Below, piece after piece: positions 36,867 through 48,641 of a DNA stretch of 64,000 nucleotides; position 1 is the stretch's first letter; every line of letters begins with the position of its first letter. A program made the translations under genes and the position numbers. Below the pieces are notes generated by a model. The model worked only from the letters and a program-made list of their open reading frames with translations. It was not told the origin of the DNA and ran no database searches. Origin of the DNA: a virus; IMG/VR virus record IMGVR_UViG_3300042453_004683, positions 30,134 to 94,133 of that record, one strand, 5' to 3'.

Positions 36867-37973
36867 ATGAGCACCGCCCCTGAGTACGGATACGTCAGCA
36901 ACCGCACGCGCAACGGCAACGTCGACGCGCTGATCATCTACGGCCCGCCCGGCGTGGGCGGGACCACCGCCGCCGTCCTGGCCGACCCGAGCGCGCTCGT
37001 GTTCGGCGCGCCCCAGCACGTCCTGCCGGCCTTCAGGCTGGCGGGCAACGACCGCCCGCGGCTCGCCTCCTACTCCAAGCTGGAGGCGTGGAAGGACCGG
37101 GCGAACTGGAACCTGGTCGATCTGAAGGGCGCGCTGGAGATGCTGGCGCGCACGCGCCACAAGGAGCCCGGCTTCGTCACCATCTACTGCGACGACTTCA
37201 GCGAGATGGGCGCGAACACGATGGACTTCCTGGAGGTGCTCGCGCTCAGCAACTCCGAGGCAGGCAAGCCCTTCCGCACCAACGCCGGCAAGGTCCACAC
37301 GGACTCCATCTTCCGTGAGGTCGGTGCGCTCGCCCGCGGCATCATCAAGCAGGCGGCCGACGTCGGCGTGAACCTCATCCTGCGCTGCCACGAGCGGCAG
37401 CCGGGCGAGGGCAAGAACAGCCAGACCAACAAGGCGACCTGGTACCCGGGCGGACCGAAGCTGCCGAGCCGGAACATGGGCACCTCGCTCCAGCCCTACG
37501 TCTCCACGCAGCTCCGCGTCACCCGCAACCGGGACTTCACCGACCCGCTCAGCCTGCCCGGCCGGCCGTACAGCAGCCTGATGTCCTGCTACCCGCCCGA
37601 CGCGGCCTACGCGACGCGGGACCGCTGGGACATCCTGCCCGGCTCGGCGCCGCTCAGCCTCGTCGCGTACATGTACGAGGCTGGCACGCTCCCGGTGATC
37701 GCCGGCCGCGAGTGGATGATCGAGGAGATGCTCAAGGTGAGCGACACCTTGACGGCCCGGCTCGGCAGCGGTTACACCCAGGACGTGATCGCCGCCACCG
37801 CCAACGAGCACCTCGCCACCGCGACCGCCTCCGGGCTGACGCGGACGCAGGCGCGCCTGACGTGGCAGGCCGGCTGGTCGCTCGCGGTCATGCGGGCGCA
37901 GCGCGACGCGATCATCCCGCCTTTCGACTTGCCGATCCCCGGCGAGGCGGATAGCGGGGCAAGCGACTACTGA
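36867..37973 (+). CDS. Sak4/AAA_24-like recombination ATPase with a degenerate Walker A
   Basis: IIYGPPGVGGTT, IYCDDFS, LILRCHE; lies between the exonuclease and SSB. Confidence 0.75.
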   Translation: MSTAPEYGYVSNRTRNGNVDALIIYGPPGVGGTTAAVLADPSALVFGAPQHVLPAFRLAGNDRPRLASYSKLEAWKDRANWNLVDLKGALEMLARTRHKEPGFVTIYCDDFSEMGANTMDFLEVLALSNSEAGKPFRTNAGKVHTDSIFREVGALARGIIKQAADVGVNLILRCHERQPGEGKNSQTNKATWYPGGPKLPSRNMGTSLQPYVSTQLRVTRNRDFTDPLSLPGRPYSSLMSCYPPDAAYATRDRWDILPGSAPLSLVAYMYEAGTLPVIAGREWMIEEMLKVSDTLTARLGSGYTQDVIAATANEHLATATASGLTRTQARLTWQAGWSLAVMRAQRDAIIPPFDLPIPGEADSGASDY

Positions 37974-38065
37974 CACCTGGATGCCGGCGGCAAGCGGGCC
38001 GCCACCGCCGGCGAACCAGAACACCAACAGCAAGGCGGCCCACAACAACCGAGAGGACACAGCAG

Positions 38066-38782
38066 ATGAGCAACTTCTTCAACAAGGCCAAGGGCAACGC
38101 GGTCAAGGGCATCGGCAGCCAGTCGGCGATCGGCGTCGGCGGCGGCAACGTGCCGCAGTCCGGCTACTACGAGGGCGTGGTGGTCGGCGGGAGCAAGGCC
38201 AAGAACGGCAGCATGTGGCTCGACGTGCTGCACAACGGCATGGACCGGCCGTCCCGCACGCCGTTCTTCAACGACCCCCGCAACACCGCGAACGGCGCCA
38301 AGCCGCAGTACGCCGAGCGCGACGCCGACAAGCTCGGCGCCCTGGTCGTCATGCTCGGCGTCGCCGACGAGGTGGAGGCGATCCTCGTCAAGCGCAAGGT
38401 CAACTTCGATGACCCCATCGCCGTCGGCGGGGCCATCATCGACCTGCTCTGCGAGGACAAGTTCTTCAAGACCGGGCCGGGCGCCGGCGCCAAGGTGACG
38501 ATCCAGTGGCGGTACGCGCCCAACGGCGCGGTGCAGGCCAAGAAGCCGACCGAGCGCCAGTGGTCCGAGATCGTGGCCGTCCTGCCGATCGACCAGCTCG
38601 ACGACCTGCGCACCAACGGCCCCGTCGTCGAGGACTTCCCCCTGCCCACCATCGGCCACCGCGCCGTCAGCGACGGCGACGACGCGCCCCGCGGCGACTA
38701 CAGCGGCTACACCGGCCGCGCGCCCACCAACGGCGCCACCGGCGGCGGCTCGCAGGCCGAGGACGAGGACATCCCCTTCTAA
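38066..38782 (+). CDS. single-stranded DNA-binding protein
   Basis: Gly-rich linker and EDEDIPF C-terminus; position in the module. Confidence 0.75.
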   Translation: MSNFFNKAKGNAVKGIGSQSAIGVGGGNVPQSGYYEGVVVGGSKAKNGSMWLDVLHNGMDRPSRTPFFNDPRNTANGAKPQYAERDADKLGALVVMLGVADEVEAILVKRKVNFDDPIAVGGAIIDLLCEDKFFKTGPGAGAKVTIQWRYAPNGAVQAKKPTERQWSEIVAVLPIDQLDDLRTNGPVVEDFPLPTIGHRAVSDGDDAPRGDYSGYTGRAPTNGATGGGSQAEDEDIPF

Positions 38783-38803
38783 GGGGCTGCCCCTGCACGC
38801 CAG

Positions 38804-38840
38804 GCCCTCGCGGTTCCACGACCGCGGGGGCTTCGTCTTT
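38804..38840 (+). terminator. intrinsic terminator
   Basis: GCCCTCGCGGT/ACCGCGGGGGC stem followed by TTCGTCTTT. Confidence 0.75.
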
Positions 38841-38941
38841 GTGGCGATCTGTCTACTTGCCCTCGCGCGGCGGACGGGATACCAGCGGGAGGCCATCGGC
38901 GACAACGCCACGGGCAACCGCATCAAAGGAGTACAACGTAC

Positions 38942-39871
38942 ATGGCATCCGCCTCCACTCACAACGGCGTCCCGCTACTGTTCCGCTACCCTGGGGCCAA
39001 GGGCCGCGCCATCATGGCGTACGGCGCCGCCTACAAGGCGCAGGCCGCCGGCGTCAACCACCTCATCATCCCGTTCGCCGGGTCGCTGGCGGAGCCACTC
39101 TGGCTGCTCGCCGAGGGCGCGCTCCAGGACGACGTGACGCTCGACGTCAACGACGCGAACCCGCACGTCGCCAACCTCTGGCGAGCGGTCACGACCGACG
39201 GCGCCCTGCTCGCCGAGCTGACGCGCGACCTCGTGTGCGAGTGGAACGAGATGCCGATCGACCGTGACACGCGCGTGGCCGCCTTCAAGGCGCTCCGCGG
39301 GCAGGTCAACCAGACGGTGTTCGGGGCGGCCCCGACGGCGGGCCTCTACGGCAGCACGCTCCAGGCGGCGAGGTTCCTTCTGTTCCAGGCCACCGGCTAC
39401 AACGGTCTGTTCCGCGTGAACAGCGCCGGGAAGATCAACACGCCCTACGGCACCGAGAAGGACAAGACCCCGCGGCAGCTCAACGTCGAAGCCCACGTCC
39501 AGAGCATCCAGGCGGCGGTGCGGCTGCTCGACAGGTGCAGCGTGCGGGTCACCTGCAAGGACTGGCGCGACACGCTGGTGTTCGACCCCGGCAGAGCCGC
39601 CGAGGACACCCTCGTCATCGCGGACCCTCCGTATCATGGTACGTTCAGCACCTACACGGCCGACGGCTTCGCCGACACGGACCACATCGAGCTGGTCCAG
39701 ACGCTCGCCGACGCGCCCTGCCGGGCCATCGTGACCAACAGCCCGTCGGCGCGCTCGCTGTTCGACGACCGCTGGGACGTCAGCGACCACGAGGTCCGGC
39801 GGTCCATCGCGCCGACGGCGAAGGGCCGCGGCGACGCGGGCGAGATCCTGGCCGTCAAGCGGGTGGGGTAG
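38942..39871 (+). CDS. Dam-like (D12 class) N6-adenine methyltransferase
   Basis: RYPGAK, PFAGS, NDAN, GYNGLFRVNSAGKINTPYG, DPPY. Confidence 0.9.
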   Translation: MASASTHNGVPLLFRYPGAKGRAIMAYGAAYKAQAAGVNHLIIPFAGSLAEPLWLLAEGALQDDVTLDVNDANPHVANLWRAVTTDGALLAELTRDLVCEWNEMPIDRDTRVAAFKALRGQVNQTVFGAAPTAGLYGSTLQAARFLLFQATGYNGLFRVNSAGKINTPYGTEKDKTPRQLNVEAHVQSIQAAVRLLDRCSVRVTCKDWRDTLVFDPGRAAEDTLVIADPPYHGTFSTYTADGFADTDHIELVQTLADAPCRAIVTNSPSARSLFDDRWDVSDHEVRRSIAPTAKGRGDAGEILAVKRVG

Positions 39872-39875
39872 CCCG

Positions 39876-42824
39876 ATGACGTGCTCCTTCAACGGCGCGA
39901 AGTGTGACGTCTGCCCGCTCGGCCCGAAGGGCCCGCTCCGGGACGCCGACCGCCCCTGGCAGCCCGTCGCCCACGAGGATCACCGCATGAGCGGCGCGGA
40001 GATCATCGCGGTGCATCAGGCGCCCGAGATCGAGGACGAGAAGCGAGGCAGCCTGCTGTCCGGCCGGAACGGCGGCACCTGGGCGCGCGGCCTCAACAAC
40101 GCGGGCCTCCGCCGCGTGGACGTCAGCTCGACCACGGTGATCGCGTGTGCACCGCCCGGCGCGCCAGGCGGCGCCTACCGCCGGATGGAGGACATGCTCC
40201 GGCGGCTCAACAAGCGGGCCGCCAAGGAGGGGCTGCCGTCCTGGCCGCACCCGCGGGACTGTTGCCGACCGCGCCTGGAGATCGACCTGCTCGGCTACAA
40301 GAACGTCCTGCTCATGGGCAAGACCGCGGCGGTCGCGCTCGCGGGCCTCAACCGCGACATCAAGAAGACCCGCGGCGCGCCCATCGGCATCGACGAGGGT
40401 TGGCAGGCGGTCCCGCACGACAGCGACCGGGCGGTCCACCTCGCGCTGCCGACGCTCGACGTCTCCTTCGTCGCCAAGAACGGACACTTCGTGTCCGTGT
40501 GGGTGCGCGACATCGCCAAGGCGCGGCGGCTGTTCGAGGGCGCGTTGCGCTGGCGCGACCCCGAGATGCTCTGGCGGCCGACGCCGGACGAGCTGCGCTT
40601 CTGGCTCCGCGGCTTCAACGGCTGTCCCGACAAGACCGCCGTGTTCGACGTGGAGACGTCCCGCCACCACCAGGGGATGCGGCCCCGCGCGCTGAAGCTC
40701 TACACGCTGTCCATCGCGCGTTGGAGCAAGCACGGCGAGGGCTCCACGATGGAGGCCGTCGGCATCGAGTTCATGGACCCGTCGACCGGCGTGAGGTGGT
40801 ACACGCCGGAGGCGGAGGCGGAGATCAAGGACCTGCTCCGGCGGTTCTTCACCGAGCAGCGCATCCCGAAGATGGGCCACAACGCCGGGATGTTCGACCG
40901 CGCCGTGATCGAGGAGCACTTTGGCGTCACGCCCGTGCCGCTGATCGACAGCATCTTCGCCACGCGGGCGGCGAACCCGGGGCTGCCGAAGGGCCTCAAG
41001 CCGACGGGGCGGACGTTCACGGACGTCGGCGAGTGGGACAGCGACGACAAGGACGAGGACGGCGGCGGCGCGGACAGCAAGAACGCGACCACGCTGTTGC
41101 GGTACAACATGATGGACTGCGCGGTCAACCTCGCGCTGTGGCCCACCGTCCGCGACATCGCCGCCCGTGCGGGCTACTACACGCCCATCCGGCAGGACCT
41201 GGCGGACATGATGCTCCCGCCCGAGCGGCGGGGGCAGCCGCTCACGCTCAACGAGATCGACCACGCGGCGCAGGACCGCGGCCTCCGCATGACCGACGCC
41301 GGGCTCTGGATCGACCAGCGCCTCCGGGCGGCGATGCAGGAGGACGCCGAGAAGCAGGCGGCCACCATCCTCCGGCTCCTCCAGGCGCGGCTGAAGGCAG
41401 CGGGCGCGGCCGTCCTTGCCGATGCCGACCTCGACATCGAGGAGGACGACGATGGCGTCGAGATGAACCCGAACTCGACCGCGAGGTTGCGCGCGCTCTA
41501 CTTCGGTCCGCCGGACGAGGGCGGGTGGGACCTCCCGTTCCTGCCCAGCGAGGGCGGCGTGGACAGCGCGGGCAAGCCCCTCTACAGCCGCAAGGACTTC
41601 CTGACGGGCACAGGGGACATGTCCACGTCGGACGCGGTGCACCGCGCGTACCTCGCCAGCGGCGTGCTCCGGCCGGACCAGTTCGAGATCATGTACCTGG
41701 TCCGCGTGTACCGGCGGATCAAGACCAAGATCGTCGGCACCACGCTCCGGCCACTGGCGCCCGAGCAGCCCATCTACAAGGCAGGTGTCCTCCGCGGCTT
41801 CACGAAGTCGTGGGTCCACGGCGACAACCGCGTCCACAGCATCTTCTCGGCGCACGTCACCAATGTGGGACGTTACGCAAGTAGTTCGACAAACGTCATG
41901 AACGTCGGCAACAAGAAGGGGCAGGGGCTCCTCAAGACCGTGTTCGCTGCGCCGCCGGGCTACTTCTTCGTCGGCGCGGACCTGAACCAGGCGCACCTGT
42001 TCATCATCGCCAACGTCTGGCAGATCCCCGCGCTGTGCGAGGCCATCGCCAACGGCTACGACCCGCACAACTTCAACGCCTCGACCACGTTCGGGCGGAC
42101 CTTCACGGAGGCGCCCGGCTACAACGGCCTCAAGGACAAGCCCTCCAAGGGCACTCCCGCAGAGGCCATGCGGAACGTCATCAAGACGTTCATCTACGCT
42201 TCCGTCTACGGCGCCATGCCCGAGACCATCTGGCGCGTGCTCACCTCGACGGAGACGGACCCTCCCCCGGCGTGGCTTGACCGAGTGCTCTCGCGCGACG
42301 ACCAGCTCAACATCAAGGAGCTGGTCCGGCAGACGATGCCCTACCTGCTGAAGTCGCTGGACGACGTGAGGATGATCCACGAGAACTGGCTCAAGGGCCA
42401 GCCCGAGTGGCTGGACGCCTGGCAGCGGGAGATCGACTTCTACTCCAAGCACGGCTACGTCCAGTCCTACCTGTTCGGGCGGCGGTCGGGCGACCTCGGC
42501 GAGGACCAGAACAAGGTCACGAACTTCGGCGTGCTTGCGACGGAGAGCGACATCATGCGGATCGTCGAGAGCCGCATCGACCGCGAGTTCCCGGGCAAGA
42601 TCGTCTACCAGTGCCACGACAGCGCGGCGATCTGCCTCCCGCTGCCCGCGGGCTACGCGCCCGACTGGCGGCCGGCGAAGGACGCCAAGGGCAAGTACGT
42701 GTGGCCGGCCGAGTTCGAGGAGGTGCGCCGGCGGTTCGAGGCGTGCTTCCACGTCCAGGTCCCGGGCTGGCGCTTCCCGATCAGCGGTGAGGCGGCCCTC
42801 GGCTTCAACCTCCACGAGGTTTGA
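39876..42824 (+). CDS. polA: family A DNA polymerase with an N-terminal family-4 UDG-like domain and a 3'-5' exonuclease
   Basis: CxxC Fe-S UDG-like N-terminus; FDVET, GHNAGMFD, YNMMD exonuclease motifs; GADLNQAH, KTFIYASVYG, CHDS polymerase motifs. Confidence 0.92.
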   Translation: MTCSFNGAKCDVCPLGPKGPLRDADRPWQPVAHEDHRMSGAEIIAVHQAPEIEDEKRGSLLSGRNGGTWARGLNNAGLRRVDVSSTTVIACAPPGAPGGAYRRMEDMLRRLNKRAAKEGLPSWPHPRDCCRPRLEIDLLGYKNVLLMGKTAAVALAGLNRDIKKTRGAPIGIDEGWQAVPHDSDRAVHLALPTLDVSFVAKNGHFVSVWVRDIAKARRLFEGALRWRDPEMLWRPTPDELRFWLRGFNGCPDKTAVFDVETSRHHQGMRPRALKLYTLSIARWSKHGEGSTMEAVGIEFMDPSTGVRWYTPEAEAEIKDLLRRFFTEQRIPKMGHNAGMFDRAVIEEHFGVTPVPLIDSIFATRAANPGLPKGLKPTGRTFTDVGEWDSDDKDEDGGGADSKNATTLLRYNMMDCAVNLALWPTVRDIAARAGYYTPIRQDLADMMLPPERRGQPLTLNEIDHAAQDRGLRMTDAGLWIDQRLRAAMQEDAEKQAATILRLLQARLKAAGAAVLADADLDIEEDDDGVEMNPNSTARLRALYFGPPDEGGWDLPFLPSEGGVDSAGKPLYSRKDFLTGTGDMSTSDAVHRAYLASGVLRPDQFEIMYLVRVYRRIKTKIVGTTLRPLAPEQPIYKAGVLRGFTKSWVHGDNRVHSIFSAHVTNVGRYASSSTNVMNVGNKKGQGLLKTVFAAPPGYFFVGADLNQAHLFIIANVWQIPALCEAIANGYDPHNFNASTTFGRTFTEAPGYNGLKDKPSKGTPAEAMRNVIKTFIYASVYGAMPETIWRVLTSTETDPPPAWLDRVLSRDDQLNIKELVRQTMPYLLKSLDDVRMIHENWLKGQPEWLDAWQREIDFYSKHGYVQSYLFGRRSGDLGEDQNKVTNFGVLATESDIMRIVESRIDREFPGKIVYQCHDSAAICLPLPAGYAPDWRPAKDAKGKYVWPAEFEEVRRRFEACFHVQVPGWRFPISGEAALGFNLHEV

Positions 42825-42920
42825 TCGGTTTCGTGCTTGTTTGTCCTTGCGGCTGCCGCAGGGACCAGATACTCCTGGTGTGCTGGGGGCCGGAGCCCCC
42901 GCCACACAGGAGAGCAACCG

Positions 42921-43409
42921 ATGCCGAAGTCCCTGGTCCTCAACAGCAAGCAGGCGTCCGACCTCGCGGGCGACGCCCTGCGCATCCACATCCACCGCGC
43001 GATGGTCGACATCCCGGGCGAGTACGACATCGCCGGCGAGGTCTTCCTCAGCAAGGCCGGCGAGTTCGGCGGCTTCAAGGGCTGGCTGCCCTGGGTGCTC
43101 GGCCACGACGCCTTCGGCCAGCCGCGCTACGACCGCTTCGTCCTGGTGGACGAGGGGCAGGTCGCTGGCGTCGGCGACGCCACGGCCGTCGTCCGGGTGG
43201 ACATGGCGGAGGGCTGCCGGATCATCCTGCCCGACGTCACGCACAAGCTGGTGCTGGCGGCGCAGGAGGCGGGCCGCGAGGTCAACGTGATCATCGGCGG
43301 CTCCCCGCTCCTCATCGGCAAGCACATCGACACCATCTCCATCCCGAGCGGCAAGACCACGAAGGCCGGCAAGGACATCCTCAACACCATCCACCTCTGG
43401 AGCTTCTGA
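42921..43409 (+). CDS. hypothetical protein
   Basis: AGGAG RBS; promoter at 42847-42875. Confidence 0.75.
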   Translation: MPKSLVLNSKQASDLAGDALRIHIHRAMVDIPGEYDIAGEVFLSKAGEFGGFKGWLPWVLGHDAFGQPRYDRFVLVDEGQVAGVGDATAVVRVDMAEGCRIILPDVTHKLVLAAQEAGREVNVIIGGSPLLIGKHIDTISIPSGKTTKAGKDILNTIHLWSF

Positions 43410-43414
43410 TCACC

Positions 43415-45757
<2,343 letters not shown>

Positions 45758-45806
45758 GCGGGCGGCTGGCGGGTGGATGCGCTTCCACCTCGCCAGCCGC
45801 GGCCGG

Positions 45807-46274
45807 CTACCGCCCCGTCGACCCGAAGCCCCCGGACCCCCGGGGGCTCTTGGCGTCCTGGACCAGCCCGTCGATGTCGATGTCGGCGACCTGGGCGAAC
45901 ACGACCTGGGCGATGCGGTCGCCCGGCTGGATGTAGTGACTGGGAAGGAGGAGGTGGTTGAAGCGCACCCGCTGGAGGATCACGCCGACCTCGCCTTCGT
46001 AGTCGCTGTCGATGGTGCCGGGCGCGTTGAGGACGGTGATGCCGTGCTTGGCGGCGAGGCCAGAGCGGGGGCGGATCTGCGCCTCGTAGCCGGGCGGGAT
46101 GCTGAAGCGGAGGCCGGTGCGGATGACGCGGACGTCGCCGGTGAACATCTCGGCACCCTCGGCCGCGCAGATGTCGAAGCCGGCGGCGCCGGCGGTCGCG
46201 CGCACCAGCGGGAAGGCGGCGCGGCCCTCGGCCAGCGCGTCGGGGTGCTGCTCGATGATGAACTGCGGAAGCAT
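45807..46274 (-). CDS. dut: trimeric dUTPase
   Basis: AGFDI, RSGLA, GTIDSDYEG, GDRIAQ, RGSGGFGSTG. Confidence 0.95.
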   Translation of the reverse strand: MLPQFIIEQHPDALAEGRAAFPLVRATAGAAGFDICAAEGAEMFTGDVRVIRTGLRFSIPPGYEAQIRPRSGLAAKHGITVLNAPGTIDSDYEGEVGVILQRVRFNHLLLPSHYIQPGDRIAQVVFAQVADIDIDGLVQDAKSPRGSGGFGSTGR

Positions 46275-46353
46275 GTTGACGTTCTCCAGGCGCCGAGGTA
46301 GAAGGATGGTAGCTGGCGCCGCTGGAAGCGTAACCCGCCAGCAGGAGAACGGC

Positions 46354-46740
46354 ATGGACAACGACATCGAGAAGCGCCTCGCGAGCCTCACCCCCTTCGC
46401 CCGCGAGCAGGTCGACAGCACCTGGCTCGGCGGCACGCCGAAGCGGGACTGGCTGATCGTCGGCCTGCTGCTGGAGACGCTGGAGGACCTGCTGGTGCGG
46501 TTCTGCGAGCGGTTCCATGACAAGGGGCACGGCGAGTGGGAGTACGACGTGATCTTCATGGACGACGGGAACGTGCGCGTGCGCGTTGTCCTCAGCGACA
46601 CCTACTCCGAGGGGCGTCAGACCTACGACAAGGGGAACCCCATCGACGCACTCGTCGACCAGATCAACGCCTTCGCCCTCCGCCTGGAGCCGACCGACCA
46701 GGAGAAGCGGGACGACGCAGAGGTGTCCGCGGCGTGTTAG
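46354..46740 (+). CDS. acidic hypothetical protein
   Basis: AGGAG RBS; promoter at 46276-46304. Confidence 0.7.
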   Translation: MDNDIEKRLASLTPFAREQVDSTWLGGTPKRDWLIVGLLLETLEDLLVRFCERFHDKGHGEWEYDVIFMDDGNVRVRVVLSDTYSEGRQTYDKGNPIDALVDQINAFALRLEPTDQEKRDDAEVSAAC

Positions 46741-46765
46741 ACTGACCTCCTCCAAGGGGCGCCTC

Positions 46766-47296
46766 ATGGGCCGACGCTCAGCGTTTCCACGCAAGAGCCA
46801 GTGGGCAACCGCGTTCACCGACGCGAGCTACGACTGGCGGACTGGAACGGGGGGCGTCGGCATCGTCCTGATGCTCTACGACGCCGACGGCCGGACGCAC
46901 ACGGAGACGTTCACGGCGCCGGTGCCGCTGTCGCACGCCAAGAGGCGGCACCAGATCGACCCGCTGTACGCCGAGATGTACGGCTGCGTCCTCGGCATCC
47001 AGGTCGCGCTCGACCTGTGGTGGCACGACATCCAGGGCGTCCACCTCCGGTGCGACAACAAGAACGCCATCGACCTGCTCACGCGGGCCGAGCGCCTGTG
47101 CCGCAAGGGGCCGAGCGTGCCGTGCGCCGCCTTCGACGCGCTCACGCCCCGGCCCGACATCCAGGAGCTGCTGATCTGGCGCGCGTCGCTACCGACCCTG
47201 GTGTCGCCCCGCTGGGTTCCAGGTCACCAGAAGTCGGCGTCGAAGGCGGCCAAGGCGAACCGGATGGCCGACCGCCTCAGCCGCATGGCCGGGTAG
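46766..47296 (+). CDS. rnhA: ribonuclease HI-like protein
   Basis: FTDAS, AEMYG, RCDN, WVPGH, NRMADRL (D-E-D-D active site). Confidence 0.85.
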   Translation: MGRRSAFPRKSQWATAFTDASYDWRTGTGGVGIVLMLYDADGRTHTETFTAPVPLSHAKRRHQIDPLYAEMYGCVLGIQVALDLWWHDIQGVHLRCDNKNAIDLLTRAERLCRKGPSVPCAAFDALTPRPDIQELLIWRASLPTLVSPRWVPGHQKSASKAAKANRMADRLSRMAG

Positions 47297-47302
47297 GCCC
47301 GC

Positions 47303-48250
47303 TCACCGGAGCAGGGCCTCGGCAACGTAGGAGGCCAGCGCCTCGGCCATCGGCGGGGGGACGGCGTTGCCGATCTGGCGGTAGACGGACTCCTTGTTGC
47401 CGACGAACTTGCGGCCGGGCGCGAAGCCCTGGAGCGCGGCGCACTCGTCCGGCGTCAGCCGGCGGCGCCCGACGGCCAGGAAGGCAGCGTCGGCCGCCCG
47501 GTCGGGCCCGCCGTTGAACGTCCAGTTCGTGATCGCCGAGGCCCGCGTGCCCTTGCCTTCCGTCGTCATCACGGTGGGCGCGGGAAGGTAGAGGCGGTGC
47601 GGCTCGCTGCCCGCGCGGCCGTAGCCGCGAGAGTAGACGATCTCGCCCGTCACGCGGCAGCGGCCGTCGACGGGCGCGTCCGCGAGGTACGGGATCGCGT
47701 CGAGAAGGTTGCGGCGGCGCGCGCACATCTGCGGACCGTCGGTGAACGCAGGCGGGTCGCGGACGTCCTCGTGGAAGGCGATCAGGATGCTCCGGTTGCG
47801 GTGCTGCGGCACGCCGAAGTCGGCGGCGTCGTAGACGCGCACGTCGGTCCAGGTGTAGCCGAGCGGCTTGAGTGCCGCCTGCCACCGGCACATCACGTCG
47901 TACGCGGCCTTGACGTTCTCGATGATCACCGCCTTCGGGCGGAGGCGCTCGATCACCGCCAGCGTCGCCGGCCAGCCGTCGAACGCCTCGTGGCGCCGTC
48001 GGCTGTTCGCCCGGCTGTGGAGCTGGCACGGCGGGCTTGACCACAGCAGGTCGGGCGGCAGCACGTCGCCGAAGTCTACCGGCTGCGCCAGGTCGGCCAG
48101 CCGCGCCGTGTGACCGTTGGCCGCCAGCGTCATCACACAGTCAGGGTTGTTGTCGATGGCGAGCTGCCCGTGGAAGCCGGCGGCGCGGATCCCGTCGGAC
48201 GCGCCACCGCCGCCGGCGAACAGCTCGATGGAGGTGAGGCGGGGCGGCAT
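47303..48250 (-). CDS. C5-cytosine DNA methyltransferase
   Basis: ELFAGGGG, SPPCQ, ENV, FGVPQHRNR, QIGNAVPP. Confidence 0.95.
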   Translation of the reverse strand: MPPRLTSIELFAGGGGASDGIRAAGFHGQLAIDNNPDCVMTLAANGHTARLADLAQPVDFGDVLPPDLLWSSPPCQLHSRANSRRRHEAFDGWPATLAVIERLRPKAVIIENVKAAYDVMCRWQAALKPLGYTWTDVRVYDAADFGVPQHRNRSILIAFHEDVRDPPAFTDGPQMCARRRNLLDAIPYLADAPVDGRCRVTGEIVYSRGYGRAGSEPHRLYLPAPTVMTTEGKGTRASAITNWTFNGGPDRAADAAFLAVGRRRLTPDECAALQGFAPGRKFVGNKESVYRQIGNAVPPPMAEALASYVAEALLR

Positions 48251-48576
48251 CAGGTGCTCAGCCAGAAGTAGAGGGCGTAGAAGGCGCCGAAGGCGGGCCA
48301 GCCGATGAAGGCGACGAAGGCGGTCACGAGGAAGCTGATCGAGACGAAGACCAGCGACAGGCGCTTCCAGGGCTGGACGATGCGGTTGTATTCCTCGAAG
48401 GCGCTCAGCAGGAAGCCGGAGATGCCGCAGATGGTGAGCAGCGCCATGTGGACGGAGACGAAGCCCTTGTAGAGCGAGGTCGGCACACCGGCGAAGTAGA
48501 GCGCCAGCATGACGCCGGCGATGATGAGGATGTTGTTGATGATGAAGTTGCGGCGAGACAGGACTTTGAGGGACAA
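48250..48576 (-). CDS. multi-pass membrane protein
   Basis: AGGAGG RBS before a TTG start; about 4 TM helices; promoter at 48635-48607. Confidence 0.7.
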   Translation of the reverse strand: MSLKVLSRRNFIINNILIIAGVMLALYFAGVPTSLYKGFVSVHMALLTICGISGFLLSAFEEYNRIVQPWKRLSLVFVSISFLVTAFVAFIGWPAFGAFYALYFWLST

Positions 48577-48641
48577 GGCGGCCTCCTGTGTTGAGCAGCC
48601 GACCACCTTGTACCTCGTCAACGCACGCCCGTCAACCCCCG

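Noticed and set aside
39855-43394. Long antisense ORFs (also 43127-45733, 50376-53837, 26275-27885 and 30633-32150)
   Set aside because: Shadow ORFs caused by high GC3 on the opposite strand of clearly identified genes
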